Of a stretch of DNA of 64,000 nucleotides, positions 1 through 10,200 are shown piece after piece. How positions within the stretch are numbered: position 1 is the stretch's first letter; each line of letters begins with the position of its first letter. The notes under the pieces were generated by a model. That model did no database searches. It had not been told where the DNA came from and saw only the letters and a list, made by a program, of their open reading frames with translations. Made by a program: the position numbers and the translations under genes. Source of the stretch: Parcubacteria group bacterium (GTDB lineage Bacteria; Patescibacteriota; Minisyncoccia; Phycocordibacterales; DATDWN01); the NCBI GenBank assembly GCA_035438705.1, contig DAORIV010000001.1, positions 43,593 to 107,592 on the forward strand, in the 5' to 3' direction.

Positions 1-860
1 TCACAAATTCTATACAAAAAGTTTTACCAGAACCAGAGTCCAGTTTACTTGGGGGACTACTTTTAGGAAGTAAACAAAGTTTGGGGAAAGAGTTACTTAC
101 AGAGTTTCAACGAACTGGTGTTTCACATATAGTGGTTCTCTCTGGTTACAATATTGCCATTGTTAGTGAAAGTATAATTAATTTTCTAAAATTTTTACCC
201 AAAAATGTTTCTTTTGGTTTTGGTGTATTAGGAATTATTTTATTTACAATGCTTGCAGGTAGTGGTGCCTCTGGAGTCCGAGCTTCTATTATGGTTTTGG
301 TTGCACTATTGGCAAAACATTTTAATCGTGAATACAAAGCAAGTAGAGTTTTGGGTTTTACAATTATTTTAATGCTTGCGCCCAATCCACTTCTATTAGT
401 TTTTGATCCTTCTTTTCAATTATCTATTCTGGCTACGATTGGTATTGTGTATGTTTCACCAATTGTTGAAACTTATTTTGAAGGTGTTACAAATAAATGG
501 GGGATAAGAGAAACTCTATCAACTACTGTGGCCACACAAATAACAGTTCTTCCATTTCTAGTATTCAATACAGGTTTGCTTTCACTTGTTTCACTTCCTG
601 TAAATGTTTTGATTCTTGGAACAATACCCATAACTATGTTTCTCGGATTTACAACAGGACTACTTGGATTAATTAATTTTTATCTTTCAGTCATTCCAGG
701 ATTTTTTACCTACTGGCTTTTATGGTATCAATTAAAAGTAGTTCATTTAGGTTCATCAATTTCATTTGGAGCAATAAATCTTCCATTATTCAATCCAGTA
801 ATAGTAATTTTTATCTACGCATTTATTTTTACTGTTTTATATAAACTAAGGAAAGTTTAA
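1..860 (+). CDS. comEC: ComEC/Rec2 competence-domain protein, 5-prime truncated by the window edge; reading frame is open back to nt 3
   Basis: Polytopic membrane protein with a GVSHIVVLSGYNIAIV motif typical of the ComEC competence domain; no stop upstream in frame; stop at 858-860. Confidence 0.65.
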   Translation, partial: TNSIQKVLPEPESSLLGGLLLGSKQSLGKELLTEFQRTGVSHIVVLSGYNIAIVSESIINFLKFLPKNVSFGFGVLGIILFTMLAGSGASGVRASIMVLVALLAKHFNREYKASRVLGFTIILMLAPNPLLLVFDPSFQLSILATIGIVYVSPIVETYFEGVTNKWGIRETLSTTVATQITVLPFLVFNTGLLSLVSLPVNVLILGTIPITMFLGFTTGLLGLINFYLSVIPGFFTYWLLWYQLKVVHLGSSISFGAINLPLFNPVIVIFIYAFIFTVLYKLRKV

Positions 861-1454
861 CTATTTTACTTCCAAGAAATTTTTTTCTATTACACTCCAG
901 TTTAGGTTTGCGAAGAAATCTTCTACATATTGTTTCTTGCCACTTGGTTGGTAGTCTGCGACATATGAATGTTCCCACATATCAAGAGCAAGTATTGGAG
1001 CGCATCCTTGTAGTTGTCCCAAGTGTTGTTCGTCCACCCATGATGTAAGTAGTTTATTTTCTTTTTTATCAAACCAAAGCATTGCCCAGCCAATACCTCT
1101 AATCATCGCGATTGTTTTAAAGTACTTTAGAAAAGTTTCTACTGTTCCATAATTTTCTTCAATAGCTTTTTTCAGTTGTCCATCGGAAAGGGGGGTAGCT
1201 CCACCTGACAAAGACTCAAAATAGATTTCATGATTTCTCATCCCATTGTACTCAAAACTGAATCGTCTAATTAATTCATTCATTACATAAGTATTTTTCT
1301 CAGCATCCTCCGTCCACAATTCAAATAATTTTTGGTTTACTAAATTAGCATTTTTAACATATCCAGAATACAGCTTTAGATGCTCTTCAATATTTTTTGC
1401 CGAAATACCTTTTAACTCCCCAAGATTAAATTTTTTCTCTTCAAATTGTGCCAT
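861..1454 (-). CDS. sodA: Fe/Mn superoxide dismutase
   Basis: DMWEHSYV metal-binding motif and overall SodA/SodB-like sequence; likely true start at MAQFEEKKF (ATG 1452-1454). Confidence 0.85.
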   Translation of the reverse strand: MAQFEEKKFNLGELKGISAKNIEEHLKLYSGYVKNANLVNQKLFELWTEDAEKNTYVMNELIRRFSFEYNGMRNHEIYFESLSGGATPLSDGQLKKAIEENYGTVETFLKYFKTIAMIRGIGWAMLWFDKKENKLLTSWVDEQHLGQLQGCAPILALDMWEHSYVADYQPSGKKQYVEDFFANLNWSVIEKNFLEVK

Positions 1455-1492
1455 GTTTAGTTTTATATTTATTAATATGTATACTATATCAC

Positions 1493-2395
1493 ATGGAGGA
1501 AGTCTCATTTTATAGGAAGTATTTAAAGTGGTATTTTATTTTAGGTCTACTGGTTATAGTAATCCTTCTTTTATATGCAGTATTTTTTAAAAACACTGAG
1601 GGGGTTTTGAAATTCACCATTATGGATGTGGGGCAAGGGGATAGTATATATATCGAGTCTCCAACAGGAGTCCAGATAATTGTAGATGGTGGTCCTGGTA
1701 ATAATCTTTTAAAAGAAATACCAAAAGTTTTGCCATGGTATGACAGAAGTGTGGATATGATTTTTGTGACCAATCCTGATAGTGATCATTATGAAGGGTT
1801 TATTAAGTTTTTAGACAAGTATTCAGTTGGGGGCCTCGTGGAATCCGGAACAACAAATAGTTATAGTGCTTTTGTGGTTTTTCAGGAAAAGATAAAAGAA
1901 AAAGGTATTACAAAAACTCTAGCTCGTAGAGGGCTGACAATAGATATAGGTGGAGGAGCATATATTCAGATACTTTTTCCAGATAGAAATGTTTCTGAGG
2001 TCAGTCCAAACACAGGCTCAATTGTAATGAAGCTTGTATATGGAGACACTTCAGTTTTGCTACAAGGTGATTCTGTTGCAAGTATTGAGCAATACCTATT
2101 AGAAATTGATGGCGATTATTTAAATAGTGATATTTTAAAAGTGGGGCATCATGGTTCCAAGACTAGCAGTGTAAAAGAGTATGTTGAAAAAGTGTCACCA
2201 GACTATGCTGTTATTTCTGCGGGTTCGGATAATAGTTACGGGCATCCACATAAAGAAGTTATCGAGACGTTAAGAGATTTGAACATTAAAATAATAACAA
2301 CATGCAATAATGGTGCTATATATTTTGAATCAGATGGTAAAGATTTTGTTTTAAAAAATAGAAATACAGAAGAGGTTGAAGTGGGTTGCAAATAA
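1493..2395 (+). CDS. ComEC-type metallo-beta-lactamase domain protein with N-terminal TM helix (the ComEC C-terminal module as a separate ORF)
   Basis: FTIMDVGQGDSIYIE ... VGHHGS motifs typical of the ComEC MBL domain; ATG at 1493 within the GTG-initiated ORF 1448. Confidence 0.7.
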   Translation: MEEVSFYRKYLKWYFILGLLVIVILLLYAVFFKNTEGVLKFTIMDVGQGDSIYIESPTGVQIIVDGGPGNNLLKEIPKVLPWYDRSVDMIFVTNPDSDHYEGFIKFLDKYSVGGLVESGTTNSYSAFVVFQEKIKEKGITKTLARRGLTIDIGGGAYIQILFPDRNVSEVSPNTGSIVMKLVYGDTSVLLQGDSVASIEQYLLEIDGDYLNSDILKVGHHGSKTSSVKEYVEKVSPDYAVISAGSDNSYGHPHKEVIETLRDLNIKIITTCNNGAIYFESDGKDFVLKNRNTEEVEVGCK

Positions 2396-2403
2396 TTGAC
2401 TAA

Positions 2404-2655
2404 ATGACAAAAAATGTTATTGTGTGTTTGGAGGGTATTCATTTGGCGTACGAACTCAGGTACAGGGTAGCGGGTGAGAGTGTGATGAGTGGTATCGAGA
2501 AGTTGTCTGGGAGTCACGACTCAGCACTCGCACAAGCAAAACATCTGGCACAGAATCTTGCCTTTTCACCGAACAATCTCTCGGATTTCACTTTCTGTGG
2601 TCCAAACGGAGAAAGGATCCCGATCCAAGTGACCAGAGAAAGAGTTCCAGGGTAA
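2404..2655 (+). CDS. hypothetical 83-aa protein in a conspicuously GC-rich (~50%) segment; could instead be a structured RNA
   Basis: ORF fills the whole GC-rich island, starts 9 nt after the ComEC-MBL stop, ends just before the terminator hairpin. Confidence 0.3.
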   Translation: MTKNVIVCLEGIHLAYELRYRVAGESVMSGIEKLSGSHDSALAQAKHLAQNLAFSPNNLSDFTFCGPNGERIPIQVTRERVPG

Positions 2656-2657
2656 TA

Positions 2658-2697
2658 CAAAACGACCGGTTCCATTAGGACCCGGTCGTTTTTAGTT
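2658..2697. terminator. bidirectional rho-independent terminator (ACGACCGG-loop-CCGGTCGT, A-run before, T-run after)
   Basis: perfect 8-bp stem with flanking A/T runs between convergent genes. Confidence 0.6.
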
Positions 2698-2706
2698 TTG
2701 TATAAA

Positions 2707-2949
2707 CTATACTATTCCTGCTTTATGGAGAGTTGCGTAAGCCCCGTTCTTTTGAATGGTTTTTATTCCTTTTGCAGATAGTGTTAAAGTCACTGACTTT
2801 TTAAGTTCAGGTATGTATATTCTCTTTTTTTGAAGGTTAGGATATCTTCTTCTGATACCAGTTGGGTTAAACTGGGTTGCACGAGTTCTGTTAGAGTATC
2901 CTCCTCCTAATTTAGACGTCTTTCCTGTAATGTCGCATACTTTTGCCAT
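2707..2949 (-). CDS. rpmB: 50S ribosomal protein L28
   Basis: MAKVCDITGK... 80 aa, L28-like. Confidence 0.8.
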   Translation of the reverse strand: MAKVCDITGKTSKLGGGYSNRTRATQFNPTGIRRRYPNLQKKRIYIPELKKSVTLTLSAKGIKTIQKNGAYATLHKAGIV

Positions 2950-2981
2950 AGTGTGGAATATGTTAGCATATTATCTACATA

Positions 2982-3596
2982 ATGCAAATAGATTTCATAT
3001 TCTCAATAGTAATATTAATATTTTCCGTAGTTGTTCATGAGGTGGCTCATGGCTATATGGCGTATATGCTAGGGGACAACACAGCTAAATATGAAGGTAG
3101 ATTAAATCTCAATCCACTGAACCATTTAGAACTTTTTGGTTCATTTTTATTGCCAGTTGCCTCATATTTTCTAGGAGGTTTCATTATCGGTTGGGCAAAA
3201 CCAGTGCCATTTAACCCATATAATCTAAGGGACCAAAAATGGGGTGAAGCTAAGGTTGCAATGGCAGGACCTCTTTCAAATATACTAATAGCTCTATTTT
3301 TCGGATTACTAATACGCTTCGGTATCCTCACTTCACTAGGAGAATCCTTTTTATATATAGGGACAATGATTGTGTTTATTAATCTTGTACTTGCTACATT
3401 TAATTTAATCCCGATACCTCCACTAGATGGCTCGAAAATACTGTTTTCATTTTTACCGTATAGTAAAAACAACATAAGAGACTGGATGGAACAGAATGGT
3501 ATTTTCCTCATGTTGTTTTTTGTATTTTTCTTGTGGAAGTTTATTGTGCCTATTGTTTACTGGGAATTCATACTCATTACCGGTTTGAGTATATAA
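2982..3596 (+). CDS. M50 family (site-2 protease-like) zinc metalloprotease
   Basis: HEVAHG (HExxH) in a TM helix, polytopic membrane protein of 204 aa. Confidence 0.7.
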   Translation: MQIDFIFSIVILIFSVVVHEVAHGYMAYMLGDNTAKYEGRLNLNPLNHLELFGSFLLPVASYFLGGFIIGWAKPVPFNPYNLRDQKWGEAKVAMAGPLSNILIALFFGLLIRFGILTSLGESFLYIGTMIVFINLVLATFNLIPIPPLDGSKILFSFLPYSKNNIRDWMEQNGIFLMLFFVFFLWKFIVPIVYWEFILITGLSI

Positions 3597-3616
3597 ATTG
3601 ATATATAGAAGAACAG

Positions 3617-3645
3617 TTGCATTTTTCTCAAGGATATATTAGAGT
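3617..3645 (+). promoter_or_regulatory. candidate promoter TTGCAT-17-TAGAGT ending 9 nt before the rpsL ATG
   Basis: -35/-10 hexamers with 17-bp spacer. Confidence 0.3.
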
Positions 3646-3654
3646 AACCCGTAC

Positions 3655-4068
3655 ATGTCAACGATAAATCAATTGGTTAGAAGAAGAAGAAAGAATGTTA
3701 AAACAAAGCCGAAGGCCGTGGCTCTTACTCGTGGTTTCAATAACCTTACAAACAGACCTGTATTTTATCCTGCACCTTTTAAAAGAGGTGTGTGTACAAA
3801 GGTGACTACAAAAACTCCAAAGAAACCTAACTCAGCTATTCGAAAGATTGCGAGAGTCAGACTTACAAATGGTATGGAAGTAACAGCATATATTCCTGGA
3901 ATGGGACACAACCTGCAAGAACACTCAGTTGTTCTACTTAGAGGTGGAAAGGTTAAAGACGTTGGCGTTAGATACACTATAGTTAGAGGTATGCTAGATG
4001 CTACAGGAGTAGAGAAGAGAATGAAGGGTCGTTCAAGATACGGTGCAAAGAGACCAAAAGCTAAATAA
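3655..4068 (+). CDS. rpsL: 30S ribosomal protein S12
   Basis: [10 protein letters not shown]..., [29 protein letters not shown] hallmark. Confidence 0.95.
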   Translation: MSTINQLVRRRRKNVKTKPKAVALTRGFNNLTNRPVFYPAPFKRGVCTKVTTKTPKKPNSAIRKIARVRLTNGMEVTAYIPGMGHNLQEHSVVLLRGGKVKDVGVRYTIVRGMLDATGVEKRMKGRSRYGAKRPKAK

Positions 4069-4079
4069 TTTAAAAACAA

Positions 4080-4550
4080 ATGCGAAGAAAAGTTACAAAT
4101 AGAAATATAGTTGGACCAGATAGTAAATACAACTCAGAAAAGGTTGGTAAATTTGTTAATTACATAATGTGGAGAGGTCAAAAAGAAACAGCAAGAGGTA
4201 TTGTTTATGAGGCAATGGATATAGTAAAGGATACTGCCAAAGTAGAGGATCCGATGGAAGTTTTTGATACAGCCTTGAAAAACTCCGGACCACTTACAGA
4301 AGTAAGAAGTAGAAGAGTTGGAGGTGCTAACTACCAAATTCCGAGAGAAGTAAGACCAGAAAGAAGAACTTTCCTTGCTATGAAATGGATTATAGAAGCA
4401 GCAAGAGATGGAAAGGGAGCTCCTATGGCAAAAAGACTAGCTGATGAAATACTACTAGCAGCTAAAAACGAAGGTAAGGCGGTGAAGAAGAGAGAAGATA
4501 CACATAAGATGGCAGAAGCTAACAAAGCTTTCGCACACCTTGCATGGTAA
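4080..4550 (+). CDS. rpsG: 30S ribosomal protein S7
   Basis: S7 family sequence, 156 aa, directly downstream of rpsL. Confidence 0.95.
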   Translation: MRRKVTNRNIVGPDSKYNSEKVGKFVNYIMWRGQKETARGIVYEAMDIVKDTAKVEDPMEVFDTALKNSGPLTEVRSRRVGGANYQIPREVRPERRTFLAMKWIIEAARDGKGAPMAKRLADEILLAAKNEGKAVKKREDTHKMAEANKAFAHLAW

Positions 4551-4552
4551 AA

Positions 4553-4578
4553 GAAAATCCCCTGAAGGGGATTTTTTA
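4553..4578 (+). terminator. rho-independent terminator (AAATCCCC-GAA-GGGGATTTTTT)
   Basis: hairpin plus T-run after rpsG. Confidence 0.6.
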
Positions 4579-4597
4579 TAATGAAACTTTGCAATAA

Positions 4598-4628
4598 AAA
4601 CAAAGGCCTCATGACGAGGCCTTTTGTA
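4598..4628. terminator. bidirectional terminator (AGGCCTC-ATGAC-GAGGCCT flanked by A-run and T-run)
   Basis: hairpin located between rpsG (+) and the 3-prime end of minus-strand ORF 4630..4860. Confidence 0.55.
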
Positions 4629-4629
4629 A

Positions 4630-4860
4630 CTATTGTTCTGGTGGAAATTCGATCTGTTCGACCGGTTTCCATTCAGCGAGTTCACGAGTCAGAACATGAC
4701 CTTTCCTTTCTCCTTCTTTTGCGACAACAGTTATGGTAACTGTCATGCCTCTCGGCGTAAATGTTGCCGAAACAGGGTTGAATAGGATGAGGTTTCTGGT
4801 GACACCACTGTTACGAGCCCCACCAGCACGTCGTACAATTTCGGGGATAGTTGCTTTCAA
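4630..4860 (-). CDS. hypothetical 76-aa protein, antisense insertion in str operon, GC-richer than surroundings
   Basis: only ORF in a 450-bp gap between rpsG and fusA; ends at bidirectional terminator. Confidence 0.4.
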   Translation of the reverse strand: MKATIPEIVRRAGGARNSGVTRNLILFNPVSATFTPRGMTVTITVVAKEGERKGHVLTRELAEWKPVEQIEFPPEQ

Positions 4861-4903
4861 GTTTCCTCCGTCTTTTATGGATTTTTACATATGATAAATT
4901 CAA

Positions 4904-4932
4904 TTGCAATATGGGTGTTTTTAGTATATAGT
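4904..4932 (+). promoter_or_regulatory. candidate promoter TTGCAA-17-TATAGT upstream of fusA
   Basis: hexamers with 17-bp spacer. Confidence 0.4.
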
Positions 4933-4944
4933 TTTCGTTGAATT

Positions 4945-4963
4945 ACCCAATTGGGTTTTTTCT
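4945..4963 (+). promoter_or_regulatory. palindrome ACCCAATTGGGT followed by T-run in fusA leader (attenuator-like)
   Basis: perfect 12-nt palindrome plus TTTTTTCTTT about 40 nt before the fusA ATG. Confidence 0.35.
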
Positions 4964-4998
4964 TTACTTTAGTAAAATTAATAATTATAAATTTATTT

Positions 4999-7140
4999 AT
5001 GAATCGCGATTATACATTAGATAAGGTTAGAAATTTTGGGATCATTGCTCACATTGATGCAGGTAAAACTACTACATCAGAACGTGTACTTTTCTACACA
5101 GGAATGACGCACAAAATTGGTGAAGTGCATGAGGGAGAAACAGTTACTGACTGGATGGAGCAGGAGCGTGAAAGAGGAATTACGATCACGGCCGCTGCTA
5201 TTACTTGTTTCTGGAATCCAACATACATGCCTAAGGGCCAAAGACCTGAGTACCGTTTCAACATTATTGATACTCCAGGTCACATTGATTTTACAGCAGA
5301 AGTAAAGAGATCTCTTCGAGTGCTAGACGGTGCAGTGGTTGTGTTTGACGGAGTTGCTGGGGTAGAACCGCAGTCAGAAACTAACTGGAGATATGCTGAT
5401 GATGGAAATGTTCCAAGAATTTGTTTTATCAATAAACTAGATAGAACAGGAGCATCTTTTGAAAGAAGTTACGCATCTATTTTAGACAGACTTACAAAAA
5501 ATGCTGTAAGAGTTCAAATACCAATTGGACTAGAAGAAAACTTCCAGGGAGTTATTGATCTTTTGAAAATGAAAGCATTCTACTTTGAGGGTAATATGGG
5601 TATGAACATTCGTGAGGAAGAAATTCCAGCAGAATTTCTGGAGGAGGCTAAAAAATATAGAGCTGAACTTGTTGAAAAAATTGTAGAACAAGATGATGCT
5701 TTGATGTCAGCATATCTAGATGGAAAGGAGCCTTCATTTGAGGATATGAAGAAAACTTTAAGAGCAGCTACTCTTAAGGTAAAACTTATTCCTGTTTTCG
5801 CTGGCTCAGCATTGAAAAACAAAGGTGTACAACTTGTACTGGATGGTGTTGTTGATTATCTACCAAGTCCTATTGATGTTCCGCCAGTTCACGGTATTGA
5901 TCCAAAAACAAATGCAGAAATATTTAGAAACTCATCTGATACAGAACCTTTTGCTGCTCTTGCTTTCAAACTTCAAAACGATCCATTCGTAGGACAACTT
6001 ACTTTCTTCAGAGTTTATTCAGGAAGTATAGAAGCTGGTACATACATATATAATGCAACTACAGGAGAGAAAGAAAGACTAGGTCGTATTGTGCGATTGC
6101 AAGCTGACAAACGTGAAGAAGTTAAAAAAGTTTTCGCAGGAGAAATCGCTGCAGCTGTAGGACTAAAGTCTGCGAAAACTTCTCATACACTTTGTGATGA
6201 AAACAATCCTATAATTCTAGATCCAATCAAGTTCGTAGCTCCTGTGGTGTCTCTACGTATTGAACCAAAAACTAAAGCAGACCAAGAAAAAATGGGTATG
6301 GCTTTGAAGAAACTTTCTGATGAAGATCCAACTTTCGTGATCTCTTCAAACACAGATACTGGTGAATCAATTATTTCAGGAATGGGTGAGCTACACCTTG
6401 AAATCATGGTTGATCGTATGAAAAGAGAGTTTGGTGTAGAAGTAAATGTTGGTAAGCCACAAGTTGCATATAGAGAAACTATTCTTGGAGAGGCAGAGGC
6501 TGAACACAAATACATCAAGCAAACTGGAGGTAAGGGTCAATACGGTCACGTTAAACTTACAATTAAGCCAATGCAAGCTATTGAAGAGGGAGAAAAGATT
6601 CCTAAAAATGTTAAAAGATATGAAGATTTTGAATTCATCGATAACATTAAAGGAGGAGTTATCCCACAAGAATTTATTCCAGCTGTTGAAAAGGGAGTGT
6701 ATGAAGCTATGGAAAGAGGAATTGTTGCTGGTTATAAAATGGTAAATATTTCATGTGATCTGACTTTCGGTTCATACCACGATGTGGATTCATCTGAAAT
6801 CGCATACAAAATTGCAGCTTCACAAGCTTTCCAAGAAGCAGCTAAAAAGGCAAGACCAGTTATTCTCGAGCCTATCATGAAAGTTGAAGCTATAATGCCA
6901 GAGCAATTCATGGGAGACGTAACAGGTTCACTTTCAGGTAAAAGAGGACAAATAGAAGGAATGGCAGAGAGAGGAATGCTAAGAGTTATTCATGCAAAAG
7001 TTCCTCTATCTGAAATGTTTGGTTATACAACTGATATTAGATCAATGACACAAGGAAGAGGAAGTGTGCAAATGGAATTTGATCACTATGAAGTGGTACC
7101 ACCTAACGTAGAGAAGCAAATTGTTGAATCAAGAAAATAA
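4999..7140 (+). CDS. fusA: elongation factor G
   Basis: [10 protein letters not shown]-domain, full EF-G architecture; ATG at 4999 ([15 protein letters not shown]) inside the longer predicted ORF. Confidence 0.95.
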   Translation: MNRDYTLDKVRNFGIIAHIDAGKTTTSERVLFYTGMTHKIGEVHEGETVTDWMEQERERGITITAAAITCFWNPTYMPKGQRPEYRFNIIDTPGHIDFTAEVKRSLRVLDGAVVVFDGVAGVEPQSETNWRYADDGNVPRICFINKLDRTGASFERSYASILDRLTKNAVRVQIPIGLEENFQGVIDLLKMKAFYFEGNMGMNIREEEIPAEFLEEAKKYRAELVEKIVEQDDALMSAYLDGKEPSFEDMKKTLRAATLKVKLIPVFAGSALKNKGVQLVLDGVVDYLPSPIDVPPVHGIDPKTNAEIFRNSSDTEPFAALAFKLQNDPFVGQLTFFRVYSGSIEAGTYIYNATTGEKERLGRIVRLQADKREEVKKVFAGEIAAAVGLKSAKTSHTLCDENNPIILDPIKFVAPVVSLRIEPKTKADQEKMGMALKKLSDEDPTFVISSNTDTGESIISGMGELHLEIMVDRMKREFGVEVNVGKPQVAYRETILGEAEAEHKYIKQTGGKGQYGHVKLTIKPMQAIEEGEKIPKNVKRYEDFEFIDNIKGGVIPQEFIPAVEKGVYEAMERGIVAGYKMVNISCDLTFGSYHDVDSSEIAYKIAASQAFQEAAKKARPVILEPIMKVEAIMPEQFMGDVTGSLSGKRGQIEGMAERGMLRVIHAKVPLSEMFGYTTDIRSMTQGRGSVQMEFDHYEVVPPNVEKQIVESRK

Positions 7141-7146
7141 TTAAAA

Positions 7147-7185
7147 TAAAAATCTCACAAAAAGTGAGATTTTTATTTTTTTTAT
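7147..7185 (+). terminator. rho-independent terminator (ATCTCAC-AAAAA-GTGAGAT + T-run)
   Basis: hairpin plus T-run after fusA. Confidence 0.65.
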
Positions 7186-7218
7186 TAACATCTTATCCAG
7201 ATATTTATATCATTTTGT

Positions 7219-7247
7219 TTGATACTAAAATTCTTAAGATATATAAT
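7219..7247 (+). promoter_or_regulatory. promoter TTGATA-17-TATAAT ending 7 nt before the ATG at 7255 (leaderless arrangement)
   Basis: consensus-like hexamers, 17-bp spacer. Confidence 0.5.
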
Positions 7248-7254
7248 ATGTGTT

Positions 7255-10200
7255 ATGAGTCTCTCTACTTCTGAAGATTATACTCCACATAGTGGTAATG
7301 AAAGAGTGATTGATCTAGATCATCTAGATGATTTGCCATTAAATGTAAAACAAGATGATAAAGATGTTTTGGGTGATTTTGATATCTTACATAAACAACT
7401 AGACCCTGAAGAAAGAAAATCCGCAGTCGTACATGATTTTTCTGCATATAAAAAACCAACAGAAATAATTGAAGGACCAGTTTCAGAATCTATTGACGGT
7501 TTAGATATCGAAGATTTGAGAACTAAAATTAATTCTAATTTAGAAGATAATAATTTTGATGCTGCATACAATATAATTCAAAAAATTGACAGTGAAAGTG
7601 TTTTACATGCTGTTTTAAGTGAAGCTATCACTTTTCTCATAAGAAAAAAAGAATTTTCAGTTGCAAAGAAATTTGTGCGACTTATTCATAACATGGACGT
7701 GTACACGACTGAACTTAATTACATATTGGAGAAAGAGAGGAATACTGACCCACTTTCAGATTTTAAATCTCAAAATGACGAGGTGGTGGTAAATAAAATT
7801 GAAATTAAAAAACCAAAAAAAGAAGTTGAACCGGTTTTTGCAAATACTGAGAAGGGAAGCATTTCGGATATTAATGAACGCACAATTGACGAGACTAACG
7901 AGGAACTTATCTCTGATGAAGATTATGATAATTTTGTTAAAAAAGGTGATGTCTCAGGCGATATACTGGTAAACATAGCTGACAGAATGGCAAGAGGAGA
8001 AAAAACAACTGAAAGAGAGCTGGCTATTTACCAAACCTTTGGCCCAAAAATTGAATTACTTTTGAGGAATAGAAAAGGTGATAAAGAAGCTGTGGTTGAA
8101 GGGGAAACTGTGGAAACAGAAGACTCACATGAGGTTGTTCCTTCAGTACCAGAAGTAAGTAGTAGTATTGAAAACACCGAAAAACTAGAAAAAGATCTTG
8201 AGGATTCTAGAAAAGAATTTGTTGCACAAGAAGCTGTTTGGAGGGCAAAAAACCAACAAAGTAAAAGTTGGTTTAGAAAAAATGTTCTAGGGAATTTAGG
8301 TATGGACAAACAAACTCCTTTAATCCCAGAACAATCAGAGCTTGAAGAAGCCAGAATTGTGTATAATCTCGCAAAGAAAAATAAACTTAGAGAAACTATA
8401 GGTATGGGGGACATCACTGTCTTATTAGAAGAAACAGAAAGAGAAAGAAAGACTCTCGAATCTTTAAAGTCTAGTTATTCACCAAAAGTTATTAAAGAGT
8501 CCCAACTTAATAGAGATATAAGAACTGGTTTTTTGGGACTTAATTCAAAAGAAGAAGATGGGGTTGTGTACGAAGTGGAAAAGGGAGTGTTTGCAGAAAA
8601 GTTTGAATCTATGTCCCAAAAAGCCATGGATAAATGGTCTAAACTTCCTAAGCCAGTTCAGATAGCTACAAGTACAGCACTTGTTACTGGAACAAGCTTT
8701 ACATTTGGTTTAGCTGCAGCAGCAGGCCCTTTGGGTTATGCAGGATATAGAGTTGCAAAAAGTGCACTATTTGGAGGAGTAGTAGCTCAACCACTTGGAA
8801 AATTTGTTGACAATATACACAATAGAAAAAATAAAGCTTCAGAAGAAGAAAGTCTGGAAGAATTTTCAGAGGGGATAAATATAGATAATTTTGAAGAAAA
8901 AGAAGCAGAAAGAATGGCTCGAGATGAAAAGATGGTGGATGAAAAGAAAAAGCAGAGATTTGTAAAGGCAATGACAAAAGTTGCTGCGGGAGGAATAGTA
9001 TCTGCTGGAATGGAAATGAGCGGTGCATCTAGTTTACTTTTTGATAAGGGAGACATAGACCTTCCTGGAAAAGGCACACTAAATGTTCCAAATGATTTCG
9101 GAGATGTAGATAAAAATTTAGATAAATTAGAAAAATTCAGACTAAATGCAAAAGAAGTTTTACCTACAGATGATAAATTAGATAACCTTCAGGAGTTTAA
9201 GCCTGCAGTTTCAAGTAATTTGGATACAACACAAGTAGTAAATGAAGCACCTTCAGACCTAATTATCCAGGATATTCATAATCTAAAGGCACAGATAATG
9301 TCACAGTATGGGGGAGAGGTACCAGATAGTCTAAAGCCAATCATGGAAAAAACTCCAAAAGAATTAATAAAAATATTTGATTTCAATAATCCAGGTAATA
9401 CTGATTTTAAACCTGGTGTAGATACTGAGGATTTAACTATAGATAGTAATGGAAATGTTTATTATGTACACCAAGATGGAAGCAGGCAAACTCTTTTTGA
9501 TTCACAAAAAGGAAAATTTTACCGATTTGATGGCACTGAAGCTGAAAAAACTATTTCTAGTATAGGAACTGATGGTTCAGAGATTTATCCAAATGGTCAG
9601 ATAGGAGATAAAGTTTATTCCAAACTAGATTTTGGAGGAAATAAGATTTTGACACCAGATCCTGTTGTTCAGACTGTTGGAACAGAAGTGCTGGAGGGTG
9701 ATCCAATTTTCAAAACTGAAGCTGTCTCTGTTTTGGATGTGAAAGATACCACCGAAGAAGAAGTAGCAAATAACACAGTTTCTCACACAGAACTTTCACA
9801 GGGTAAATCTGTAGATGTATTCAGAATGGGAGAAGATAAAATTGTTTCATATGATGGGGCAAGAATTGGTCAGGAGGTATTACAAAATGGTAAAAAAACT
9901 CTAGTTCTTGATGATACTTACCAAGACGGTGAACAGTATAGAAGTACAAGAGAAGCTTTTTCAAAAGCATTTGAGGCAAATGCAACAGTGGAAAACGTTG
10001 GTACGAATCCAATAGCAGAATCTTTTGAAGGTGGTAAAATATATATTACATACAACATTCCAAACGATCCTAATTCAGTTAGAGTTTATTTAAATGGTAA
10101 AGAGATAGCAGTTGGAGATACTACAGTCGTTGATAGTAAGGGAATTCCAAAGATAAAAATGCATGGCAATTTAAAAGGGGGTTGGTTTCTTGTCGACAAT

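Noticed and set aside
2396-2700. tmRNA, RNase P RNA or SRP RNA in the GC-rich segment
   Set aside because: None of their hallmarks could be found on either strand: the GGTTCGAnTCC T-loop with tag reading frame ending ..LAA, the P4 AGGAAAGTCCGGGCTCC / ACAGAACCCGGCTTA pair, or the domain IV GGAAGCAGCC motif. Left as unassigned GC-rich ORF/RNA.
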